This document shows, piece after piece, positions 37,259 to 49,400 of a DNA stretch of 64,000 nt. Position numbers and translations under genes: made by a program. Below the pieces are notes generated by a model. The model saw nothing but the letters and a program-made list of their open reading frames with translations. It was not told the origin of the DNA and ran no database searches. How positions within the stretch are numbered: position 1 is the first letter of the stretch; each line of letters opens with the position of its first letter. The stretch comes from Selaginella moellendorffii (Eukaryota; Plantae; Lycopodiophyta), in assembly GCF_000143415.4 (NCBI RefSeq), contig NW_003314266.1, positions 3,098,607 to 3,162,606 of the forward strand. Reading direction: 5' to 3'.

Positions 37259-38059
37259 GATGGCATGTATTTATTTAAAAATGTAACTTATTATGGCATG
37301 GGGTTCCATGCCATTGTATTAATATTAAAAGACAATTCTTTGAGAGGATTTGCATTATACTAGAAGTGTTACAGCATGTTATTGGAAGTCTACGAAGTTG
37401 TTTTATTAATAATGGGAAAGTAAAGATTGAATGGGGACTTGGGCTCCACCTAGACTCGGAGCAACTGAGCCAATATTAAAAGGATGGAAAGAAATTGGAC
37501 GACGATGACAAGGAGAAGAGAGAGGTGAAGCAGTGGCAGGGGGAGGAGAAGTGATTGAGTAGACATTTCCTTGTTTAAAATAAAATGGCATGTGCCTCAA
37601 TGCAGTTGAATTTTGTTATATTTATATACTATATAAAGGTTTGGAAACCTTATTTTACAAGTGGGATAATGACAATTCCCACTTTAACAAAATAGAGCTT
37701 GATATGTGATCCGGATTATACAGGGCAACCGTGGACAACCTCTTTGTGCAGTTGTACATCTCTCCCTAAAGCAACTGACCAGAACAGGTTCAAATGCAGA
37801 CCGGACAGTGGGGCCACGGCGGCAAACGCTTGCAGGAACTCCAACCAATTGTGATGCTTCAGATGGAAAGCTTGATTCAGAATTCCTGCGTTTATCACTA
37901 CCAGATCACCACCTTGAAGAGGCGAATCAGCAACGCGTTGTGAAGGTCAAGTCCCATAATCTGCAAACTGGCCGCTGCTTGCCCACGCTACCGGCTTCCC
38001 GCCTTCTTCCAGCTCCAGCAATACAATACCATATGGACCTGTTTCATTATTTTGGCGCA

Positions 38060-38400
38060 CCAAGTGTGCTCGCTGTACTCAACGATGGCTGACGGGAACA
38101 AAGCTCCAGTTGCTATGAGATGGACTGTGGAGAACAGTGGGAATGATTCTTCCCACTTTTGAGCTCGCAAAACTTCATAAACTTCTATCGTGGTTGAAAC
38201 TCCCTGGAAGAGAAGAAAAGGATGACAATTATTAAATTGTTTTACCTGGAGTTTCTTGGAGAAGCTCGGTTTTCCACAGCTACCTGACGAGTTCTCTCAT
38301 GTTTGAGACAGAGAGTTCACCAAACTTTGAAAGATTCTACCTCGTTGGCAATATTTGCACCCATGAGAACAGCACAATCAATTCCAAGAAGCTTCGTGGA
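38060..38400 (-). pseudogene. NAD-dependent glycerol-3-phosphate dehydrogenase fragments
   Basis: LGIDCAVLMGANIANEV and FQGVSTTIEVYEVLRAQKWEESFPLFSTVHLIATG..P.AIVEY. Confidence 0.8.
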
Positions 38401-39573
38401 GATCATGCGTGGCCCATCTTTCTAGAAAAAGATGACAAAAATAAAAGATTGTGGTGATCGGGTAAAAATTAGATTCACTTAAGCAAGGTGTTACATTGGA
38501 CATAATCAAAGAGGGAAAAATAGTTAAGTTTTCTATTGCCATGGCAATTGTTTGCATTTTTTCTTGTCGAGATCTATTCAACAAACATCAAATGACTGCA
38601 CATGGATTTCTTTTGGTTCTAGAAACTCTAAAGGGCTTCCAATTCAGAAAAGAAGTGAGCCATGCCAAGAAGAAGTCATGATATGATACAACCAAGGGCA
38701 CTCAATTACACAAATACAAGTAACAAATGGCTAATATACAACTCAAATACAAAAAGTTTTGACTTAGTTATGGAGCATGTTTTGCTTCTTGTTGGATGCT
38801 AGATATATAATATACTCAAACTCTCCTTGTTTAATGTAGATCAAATATAATACTTCATTTTTCCAATGTAACAAACCTTCATCCTCTAAATAGCTTCTAG
38901 ATTTACTAAGGGATTCGAAGCTAGGATTAGCTCTCTTAATCTTTTTTACAGTGGAAACTTTACCTAAAAGAATTTAGAGCATTATTAAAAATAACAAGAC
39001 TCTTTGAGCATTCTGAAGGAGCTAAATTGCCTTCTTTTTCAACCTCAGCACTTTATGACAAAGGAAAAGCACTACTATCACTACTTCTATCTATGGAGAG
39101 CTTCATCAAACACACAAACCCTATTCTAGGCTCAAAGGTTGTAGATCATATTAAATATAATAGACATTAAGTTTTCTATACCAAATGTCTTTAGAAGATA
39201 TTAAACTGAAAAATGTTAAAGGTCTTCAAGGAATATATTCTGAGCTTGCATAGCTGCCTCAAGTGTGAACCAGGTACAAATTTGTGAGAAATAGCCTCCA
39301 CTACATATCTATACTCTCAAAGGTCTTCAAAAAGTATAGACTAAAAAGGGCACAATCATGGCCATTAGACTATTGAGGTATGGTGATAGAAATTGGATTA
39401 GCTTTCCTATAATACTTTTGCTACGCAATCTTGCATATACAATTGATGTAGTTATCCATTATCGCTATAATAGGATGTTGGCCATGGACTAGGATCATAG
39501 GATCAAAATGGAAAATAGTCCTTTTACATTTCCTTTGGAAAATTATAAATAGCCGCAAACCAATAGTTACTGT

Positions 39574-42368
39574 TGTTGCAAATGTGACTTTAGGTATTGA
39601 AAGTTATTTATCGACTAATCTTTTCAAATATTCTTTCTTTACTATCATGACGGCAGGAGGTTGGTATTGCTGAACTTATTATCATTTCCCACTTGAGCTA
39701 GTTGAGAAACTAGTTCATAACCATGCACTTAAATTAGATAAACATAAAGTAGGAACTTTATGTATTTCTTATTGAGCATACTTGGCCTGGTTTGAGAAAC
39801 TTGTGTCATTGGCTTGCCCTTGTTAGTATCAAGAACCCCTACGATATTGAGATTGGTCTTTCAACATTCGTTAAATGATAGTTTGCCAAACACCCTCGCT
39901 ATCATGCCTTTTGTGTTAGTCTCATTTCGGTCCCAAATACTATTTATAGAAAGTGTTTAGATGGCATATCTATGGAATGTAAAGATTGTCTTGAACACAA
40001 TGGAATTCGTCCTGTATCAAAGTTTGCAAAAGCATGTGTTTATTGGCGGGCGGGGGGTGGGGGGGGGGGGGGGGGGGGCGGCTATAGGGGTTCTAAATGT
40101 ATAGTAGGGATGGTGGGTAGGTTAGGTATGGTTGACCAATCTGAGGCATAGTCTAGCTCTAGCTTGCGTGCCTGTCTTTATTCTGCGTCCGGCTTGGGTC
40201 TAAGCCTAAGTTCCATTCTATGCTAGCTAGTGGAGTACCTGCGTTAGGCCACCGGTATGCTAAAATGGCGTCAGACTTCGTTTGGCTCCGTTTTGCATGT
40301 GTAAGCGACTAAATTTTCCATTCTACTTTAGTCACTTAACCACACCTCTAACCACTTGAAGGAGTCTCACTCACAACCTCCATAAGTCCTATTTTAGACT
40401 TGGGCTTGCTAGCCCCGAATGGCATCTCTGCCACTCAACCTTTGCACTTGATCCAAGTGCTCCACGTGTCTGATCCCATGACCGACACCTCAAGGTACTA
40501 CCGACATATCAGCCCGTTATGCTAAGGCCATGCCCCTTTACCTTGGTCACACTGGTGGTCTAACACCACCTGCACCACAGTCCCATCTCTCAAGGACTAG
40601 GCCATCCATCCATGAGGGATCATTCTAGATCCACTCCTTAGCATCCTTAGGATGCCCACAGACATGGGGAATAGCCTTCCCCAATATCCCTTTTCCAGTC
40701 TTCACCAAGTCCCTTTCTACCCATGGCCGTGTTCGCCAACACTGCCACTGGATCGAGGCCCACAGGCTCGACCACTAAGTCCCACGGTCCTCTGGGACTT
40801 CCTCACCACTCAACTGTATCCTTGGTCACTACACCAAAGGATTACTCCTTTTCCTTTCCACAGTCTGGGCCCTTGGGACAACATTTCGGAATACCGTGGC
40901 CCTATGGGGGCCTCATGGGTACTCTCCCCGCCTTTCGCTTTTGGGTGCTCTAGCCATGGGCTTAGAGCGAGGTTCTGTTGAGCCACACCAGGTATCCAAG
41001 CAGGTAGTGCCACCCACACTTGGACTGGGAGCATCGGTCAACCGATCTCTCGGGGGAACTAGAGCCGGCTCTTGAACACTTCACCAAGCTACCCCGCTTG
41101 TCAGTCCGTATTCACTCTAGTCTTGGACTTCCCAGTGGTCAATTCATCACCCAACATTGGATCTGGCCTTCCTGGGCCAAACTGGCCTTTCTTGGCCAAA
41201 CTAACTCCATTGGGCTCCAACCCCCACACTCTCCCTACTATACTTTTGGAACCCCCCGCAGCCCCCCCCCTGGGGGACGATCGCTTTGGGCTTTCACCCA
41301 ACTGCCTATATTAGTATTCGGACTCGGACTCGGGCTCGAACTCGGACTCGGACTCGGACTCAGTCTCGGTCCCGGTTTCGGACTCGGACTCGGTCTCGGT
41401 CTCGGCTTTGGTCTCGGTCTCGGTCTCGGTTCCATCTCGGACTCCATCTCGGGTCCATCTCGAATTCCATCTCGGACTCCATCTCGGGTCCATCTCGGAC
41501 TCCATCTCGGGTCCATCTCAGACTCCATCTCGGGTCCATCTCAGACTCCATCTTGGACTCCATCTCGGGTCCATCTCGGACTCCATCTCAGACTCCATCT
41601 CGGGTCCATTTCGGACTCCATCTCGGACTCCATCTTGGGTCCATCTTGGACTCCATCTCGGCCTCCATCTCGGACTCCATCTCAGGTCCATCTCGGACTC
41701 CATCTCAGGTCCATCTCGGACTCCATCTCGGACTCCATCTCGAGTCCATCTCAGGTCCATCACGGGTCCATCTTGGACTCCATCTCGGGTCCATCTCAAA
41801 CACTTCCACGTGTCATGTGTTGGTCCTTTTTGGGTCCCTTTTTAGAGCCTTGCTTATTGCTCGCTTTGTGCTCGTTCCTTGAACATTTCGTTAGGAGTTC
41901 CACTCCACTCTCGACCTTTTCAAGTCGGAGCTTTTTAGTCCAAACGTGTTATGCTCGTTTGGTTTTTGCTTCGGCCACCACCATATTGCGCACCCTTCCG
42001 GCTCCACTTTGGGGCCTAGGGATTTTGTGTCTCACAGCATGCTAGTCCTAGAATTAGGATGTTAGTTACACTATGATTAATCTAAGTTGCTCTGTGCTCC
42101 TATCCTTTTGCTCCTTGGGCTGTATGCTTAGGAGTCGTTCCATGCTCCAGTGCGATTGTTCCTTGGCTCCATGCTTGGGAGTTTAGCACTGTTCATTCAT
42201 TCAGTGGCTCAAGGCTCTAAAACTTGAATTCTACACCACTGTCCTTTGGACACGTGGCATGTGGTATGTGATATATAACACATGGCACATGGAGGGTTTA
42301 GGTTTTGCTTCATGGTTATTCTATGGTGAAACACCATAGGATAAAGGGTTAAAACCACATGCGCTACA
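39574..42368 (+). mobile_element. Degenerate LTR related to the 46477 family, interrupted by a nested solo LTR
   Basis: Start resembles the reverse complement of 47399-46600; resumes after 42041 and ends tgcgctaca; colinear with 58856-59987. Confidence 0.75.
40300..42036. mobile_element. 1.74-kb solo LTR with internal (gactccatctcgg/gtccatctcg) tandem array
   Basis: TG..CA ends with perfect 5-bp TSD gcatg; second copy at ~60008-61443. Confidence 0.88.
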
Positions 42369-42511
42369 ATTACAAAACTAATTGAAGCAATTTGAAGCAA
42401 TGAAAAAATATTAAAAACTTTACCTTTCAAAAATTAAAAAACCCCAATAATCTAGCTCCTTCACATATGGAAGGTTGTGAGTTTTATTCATGTTTTGCAC
42501 TTCCTTTATAA

Positions 42512-43185
42512 TGTAGCACATGTGGTTTTTACCATAAAAATATCACAGAGTGGAACCTAAACCCTTAAATAAATGGGCCAAGGACAACAAAGCTAAACCT
42601 GAGTTTCAAAGCCTTGAGCCTTTAAATGAAAGTATGGAGCTAAACTCCTAACATTTGAGCTAAATTGCAAAAAAACTAGAGCACATAATGACTTATGAAT
42701 ATATACCCTAAGGAGTGAAGGGATAGGTACTATATAGAATGGAATTTAAACCCTTGGACACATGGGCCAATAGCAATGGAGTAGACTGAGCTTCAGAGCC
42801 TTAGGCCTCTAAATGAAGGTATGGAGCTAAACTCTTAAGTTTAGAGTTAAGGAGTAAAGAAATTTAAGCACATAATGACTCTTGAGCATATAGCCTAAGG
42901 AGTGAAGAGATAGGAGTAATGAACATTGAATTAGTCTTGGAACATCCAATATCCCAACACCAAGACTAACATGTAAAATGGAGTCAAATAGAATTTAACA
43001 CTATTTCAGCATACTGGTGGCATAACATAGATACTCCACCAGTTAGCATGGTATGGAGTTTAAACTTAGATCTAAGTTAGACATAAAATAAAGACACACA
43101 AGTACTATGCATTAGGTTAGTCAACCATGCCCAACCTACACACTATCCCTATTATATATTTATACATTTGGAAGCCCCTACATCC
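42512..43185 (-). mobile_element. Partial LTR remnant, inverted relative to 42050-42368
   Basis: Begins tgtagcacatgtggtttt (reverse complement of that LTR end); contains an internal duplication. Confidence 0.6.
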
Positions 43186-44685
43186 AAATGGGAGTGTTCC
43201 AAATAATAGGGATAATGGTGTAAGCAATTAAAGAGAGAATTCATTAGGGTTTAAATATAAAGCTAAAAAACTTATGAACAAACCCCTTTTCAATTGGTTA
43301 AAGGTCTTGAGATATTTACAAACTTACAAGTGGGTAAATTAAACATGACTAACTAATTTGAGACATTGTATAGCTCTCTATTAAATGTGTATATCTTTGT
43401 TATGTGTCCAACTTGGGTCTAGGCCCAAGTATTCTCAATCACTAACAATATCCTTTAGTAAACTAAAATTAATAAGACTTTCTCAAAGTAGACTGCAATT
43501 AAATCTAATGTAATGACAATCTTCTAAAGAGTCAACAACCACATATACTTTGTCAATTAATTCACTATAACCCATATTTATTCCTTCTACTTTTATGTTC
43601 TTGGCAAATAAGTGATAAAATCTATAAGATACTACACTAACAGTTCTAAGGAATAGGCAAAGGTCCCTCAACTTCTCTTGTGGCATTTTTACCAATTGAT
43701 AGAGCTTATATAATTGCAATACTTAAGGATATTAGCTTTATATTCCTTTAATAAAAATTATGCTTTATTAATATGTCTTTCCCCCAAAATGACCAGTCTT
43801 CCTACTAATTATGATAGTGGAAAAAAACTTGATTAATCAACACATCTGCTTATAACAAATATACATAGATGTTGTAGTAGAAAAACTCAAAAAGATGCTT
43901 CCATCCAAGCTTGGTAAAAGACCACCTTCACATTTTAAGCTACCAACTGCTCAAACTTGCTAACCACTTTACTTAAATAATGACAAAATCATGTTTATAA
44001 CTTTAACAAGATAAAACATCTACCACCATATTTAATCTCCCCTGACAATGTTTAATAAGAAATTGCTCTATAGTGCTAAATAATAAAGAAAGCTTAACCT
44101 TGTTTAGACTATGCTATACTTTCTTTTGAGGTTCCTCACTTCTTAACCACCTCCAAACTACCTTAAATACTCACCACTCCACTATGACCCCATAGGGTAG
44201 ATTAAGATCCTTACTTTAAGTCCATCTTTACCAACATTGATCAAAACCAACATTAATCTTCCTCAGTGATGTATAAAAATCCATTGTTTAAGGTTGTCTT
44301 CCTTTCTACTTCTCTCATTGACTATGCTCAAAAGCCTCATGCTTCATTCCTCTCTCTCGCGCGCGCGGAAGTCACTATGCCAGGCGTGCCACAGGTATGC
44401 CACGACGCAATGTGGTCCGCATTTAGAGACATCAAGATACATATATAAGTAAATATCTAGAACTTGCCCTAATAGGGACAAGGGTTTAACGGCGTGGTGT
44501 GGCGGCGGGTTTTGAGGTGAGTGAGTAGAAGCCCGGCTGACATCTAGCTTGTGGGCGCAGCTGCTATCGGTGGATCTGCCCGCGGCGCGGAGACTCTTGC
44601 TCCGGGTTAGACGGCATGGTGTGGCGGCGGCTGTTTGGAGGTGAGTGAGTAGAAGAGCGCAAGAGCGCGGCTGACATTTTAGCTT

Positions 44686-45780
44686 GTGGGCGCAGGAGTT
44701 ATCGGTGGATCTGCCCGCGGATGCATCACACTCGCGGAAGCTCGAGCCCGAGCTCGTGCTCGTGTTCGTACTCCTGCTCCTCCTCTCAAGCTCGTCTATG
44801 ATAACACCACCACCTCCTTGTTCCTCTTCTCCGATATCTGCTACAACCGGGAGTTCACTGCATATGGCTGCCCCGATACGACGTTGCTCGATCACCTGAG
44901 CTACGCTCATGGAAACATCTGTCCCAAGAAGCGTCGTACACACGCAAATGCCCTTTACTGGGGAGCGCCTTGGAGCATTCCAGCCTACGTGTATGACAAC
45001 GAGATGGAGCCTTCAATGACGCCGCTGGAACCATGCCAGATCAGGAGCATCGAAGCTGTGGGCTGCATCTCCACATTCGAGCTTGGCCTGCGGTGGCAAG
45101 GCCCTCCTGCGCAATTCGTGATCAATGAAACTCTAGGAAAGCTCGATGCTAAACAAGTCCTCGTCTATAAGGAAGCGGATTCCATCTGGCGAAATCGGGT
45201 CTCCACCGGCTACATCCTTCTGGCGGTTCCCACCAAGGCATTGGAGTATGGAGCTCTGGACTGGGTTGTCAACTACGAGGACTACCGGGGCATGCCAATG
45301 ACAATGTCGGCCAGGAAGGTCATCCAGGCGTCTCGTGACCGCAGACAGGATCCTGACAAGGAGCTGAGCGCTGTGGACGCGATCGGGATCAGAAAGTGTG
45401 TCGTGGTGGATCTCCGCGGCATTGGCGTCAATAGAAAGGTGGGCCTCTTTTTCTCCGAAGATGCTCTACGTGACGTGCTGCTGAGTGTGTCTGGCACCAA
45501 GCTTGTCCCTGCTAAGGCGCTCTTTGACGATGGTCTTTGGGACAAGCTTGGTGTCCAGGACAGGGTGGCCAAGGACGCGGCCGTATGTGACATAATGCAT
45601 TCTCGGGGCATAACAGAGATGGTGCTGCTCAAGTCGCAGGTAAATCACTCTTCCTTGTCCCTCTTTTACACTGTCTTTGACCTTTGATTATCTTTTCATT
45701 TATTGCTGCAGGATTCTGTGGTGCCAAAGACACTCGGCACTTTGATAAGGGATATGATTGGCAAAATGAAGATGTCTTAG
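44686..45780 (+). CDS. Hypothetical protein, start uncertain; probable intron 45640-45711
   Basis: 333-aa GC-rich ORF with coding-like composition; GT-AG intron leads to DSVVPKTLGTLIRDMIGKMKMS*; no recognised domain. Confidence 0.55.
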
Positions 45781-46224
45781 AATGTTTCTCATGTTTTGTT
45801 ATTTTATCAGAAATTCTGACACTTCACAGTAAATCTTAAAACTTTTTACCTAGCTGAAGGGACCAAAACAGGCCATGGATTGAAGGCTTGCGAATGGCAT
45901 GCCAAGCCTCTCCATTCCTGGGTTTCCTGATCAAAATCCTATGAGCGCTTCAATGCCCATGCAAATGTGAGCATCTATTAAAGCCAACTTATACTACAAT
46001 CAAATTTGCTATACCAACTCTATCAAGCATCAATGCCTGAACTTTCACTCCACACAGGAGTCCTCGGAGCCCTGGAGCTGATCACATCTGAAAGTCTTTG
46101 TTGAGTTTTACAAACTGACTTGGCATCGATAAGTTTGCAGACAATTGGTTCCCTAGATCTGACAGTTCTAATCCAGGCAGCAATGTGTCATTCTTGATGA
46201 CGGCCAATGTAGCGTGTGGCTCAA

Positions 46225-46249
46225 AACCCTAAACCCTAAACCCTAAACC
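46225..46249 (-). repeat. Interstitial telomeric repeat (CCCTAAA)3
   Basis: aaaccctaaaccctaaaccctaaacc. Confidence 0.85.
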
Positions 46250-46476
46250 TGGCACATATATCTTGGATAATTGATATCAAGCAATAACAAACTTACAATG
46301 CTGCTATGCCCAATGACTAATGTAAAAAACCTGTGAAATTCTATTTCTACCACGTGATGCTCAACAAAGCCCATGTCTTATATCAAAGAATTTTGGAATC
46401 TAAATCCCTTGTCTCCAACTCTCCAGCTACTAATGATTGTCCAAGAACAAATAGGACACAAGAGTGGATAAATAGC

Positions 46477-49400
46477 TGTAGCGCACTTGAATTTTGGAGC
46501 CGAACTCCAAGCCCGTTGCACTACGAAACGAGGGTCCGGTACAATCCCATGAGCACAAACTCCCCGTTTCCAGCACCTACACGCAAAATGGTGTCAGACG
46601 GAGTCTGGCACAATTTTGGCATACCGGTGGCCTAATGCAAGGAGGAGGGTACTCCACCGACTAGAGCAGCGTGGAGCTTGGGCTTAGACCCAAGCCGGAC
46701 GCAGAACAAGGAGCGACACAGCCCAGCGGGAGCCAAACTAATGTCTCAGGTGGTCGGACATGCATTCCAACCACTATCCCTACTATACATTTGGAACCCC
46801 CCACAGCCCCCCCCCCCCTTGAGGGACACACGCTTTGGGCTTTCACCCCAAGCCTCCCTTAGTACCAGGAGTTAGTCTCTGGGACAAGTCCGAAACTTAC
46901 TAAATATGGAATGTCTTTAGATTGCGAATTTGGACACGGGACGAACACCATTGTGTTCAGACCGATCTCTACATTCCATAGATATGCCAAATGAGCTAAT
47001 CTAGACACTTTCCATAAATAGCATTTGGGACCGAAATGAGACCAACACAAAGGGTATGATAGCGAGGGTGTTTGGCAGACACGGTAAGCTATCATCTAGC
47101 GAATATTGAGGGACTAGTCTCAATACGCGAGGGTTATTGCCAAGCCAGTGCAAGACAGAGCAAAAGAGAACTAACAAGCCGGGCCAAGTATGCTTGGCTA
47201 AATAAACACTTAGGAATTCCTTCCTTATGCTCATCCGGCCAAGTACAGATGCTAAGTCCAGTTTACTAACACTTGGACAAGAGGGGCCAATAAAGGGAAC
47301 CAGCAGTACCGACCTCCTGCCGTCATGGCAGTAAGGAAAGAGTGCCCGTAAGGACTGGTCGACAAATATCTTTCGATACCCGAAGTCACATTCGCGACAC
47401 TCTCCCCCCCTTGGGGAAGATCGATATCCTCGTCGATGTATACCCGAGTCTAGCAAACCGTTAAGGAAACAACTCCGAAAGTTAACGGAAAGCACACTAT
47501 GTGGGAAACACACCGACTTAAATGAGTTAGGAAACTACCTCTCCTCTACGTCCAAAGACGTTAAGACTCAGACACCCTCCGGCCGTCACCGACAAGGAAA
47601 TGACTAACAGAGTGAACCACCCTTGTTGCTCCGAGTACCACTCGGCTTAAAAAGGAATGATACATCCCTGCCCGCAGGGACATAGCAGATTAAGTTGTTT
47701 ACACGACCACGCCCCTTTTCGAAAATGAGTCATCGAGAGAGAGGCGGGGACTTATGATCAGTCTATAATAGTTATCCCCATGGTTATGGATTGGACCCAT
47801 GCACCGAAGTGCCGAAGTCAGCCTGCCAAAACTGACCCAAGTACGAATGAACGAGAGAAACGACATTTTGATTTATAGAAATATATTACTTTATTGATTT
47901 GCAAGATTGATTACAAGATTTACAAAAGCTAATCTTTATTACGATTCTCATACTCCGTGACAAGCTCACGAGCATGTGTAAGATTACTAAGAGGCTCCCA
48001 AGTTGATTCACAAGATGGGTAACCTTTCCACTTAACTAGATACTCTCGACGTTTGGCACGCTTAAGCCAGCGTGTACCCAAAATAGCTTCCATTTCATAT
48101 TCAGGTTCACCATCCACAACTTCTGGTGGTGGACGAATCTCCGCTTGACATGCATCATCCATAGTGTATGGAGCCAAGAGATTGGCATGAAATACATTAT
48201 GAATATTGGACATCTCCACAGGAAGATCCAACTGATAGGATACATTACCAATGCGCCGCAACACCCGATAGGGTCTAACATATCTCGGCAAGAGCTTCCG
48301 AGACAGAGAACCCTTAATGTTCAAGTTTCGGGAAGATAGCCACACCTGATCTCCCACTTGATAGGATACATCCCGACGATGTTGATCCTTATCACGTCGA
48401 TACCTATCCTGAGCTTTGCCCATCGCCTCAGTAGCTCTAGACCAACCTTGGCGTAGCTGCTCCGCATAAGTCTCAACGGCTGGGACCAACACTTCGGTCA
48501 TTGGTTTCGGTACAACGATCTGTTGAGGAACCTCACGAGCATTCCCTTGCAGCATCTCCCATGGAGAACAGCCTATAGCACTATGAAATGTGTTGTTATA
48601 ACATATTTCTGCTGTATCCAAATGCTCAACCCAGTCGAGTTGGTCCGCCGCGACATAGTACCGCAGATAATCCTCAACTTGAGCATTCACGCGTTCGGTC
48701 TGCCCATCAGTTTGAGGATGATAAGCCGTACTAAACTTCAACTTGGTACCAAACAACTGGAAGAGTGTTCCCCAAAACTTCCCCGTAAACCTCGAATCTC
48801 TATCTGAGATCATTTCTTCAGGAAGACCACGAACTCGCACTACTTCATGGAAAAAGAGCTTTGCTGCTTGTTTCGCATTTACTGTTCCCACAGTTGGAAT
48901 GAAGTGTGCAATCTTTGACAACCGATCCACAACCACCATCAAAGTATCATAACCCTTAGACTTCGGCAAGCAAGTGACGAAATCAAGTGTCACACTTTGA
49001 AATGGCCATGCCAGTGCTAGAATGCTCTGCAACTTTCCAGCCTGCTTCTCAGTTCTGCACTTACATTGCTGGCATATAGGGTAGGAACGGACATAATCCG
49101 CTACATCACCTTCCATACCAGACCAGAAAAATCCCTTTTTCAATGAAGCCAGAGTCTTTCGCTGTCCACCATGTCCTGCTGTTGGAACATCATGATGTTC
49201 CAGTAGAAATAACTGCTGAAGATCCTTAGAGGGAAGATACAATCTTTCTTGCTTATAGAATATAAGCCCATCCCGAACTGAGAAGTGAAGTTTCGCATTA
49301 GTGCGACTAGCAACTTTTGCTGCTTCGCTACCAGGGCTCTGCTTCAACAACCCCGCATGGCATAAGATTGCCTTTGCCAATGGATCACTTCCATATGAAG

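Larger units (their letters stand above)
25200..37650. mobile_element. Large putative DNA transposon (Sola1-like transposase with ParB/MTase/HAD cargo); ends not resolved
   Basis: Extent defined by ~24 copies of a 24-bp palindrome and by the transposase and divergent cargo gene; no convincing TIR or TSD found. Confidence 0.65.

Noticed and set aside
25598-37607. Palindromes as a CRISPR array, or the outermost copies as TIRs
   Set aside because: Spacing is irregular, there are no cas genes and the context is eukaryotic. Any two copies of a palindrome look inverted, and no TSD flanks them
41020-42045. 341-aa and SR-rich ORFs
   Set aside because: Produced by tandem repeats inside a solo LTR; also seen at 60980-61464
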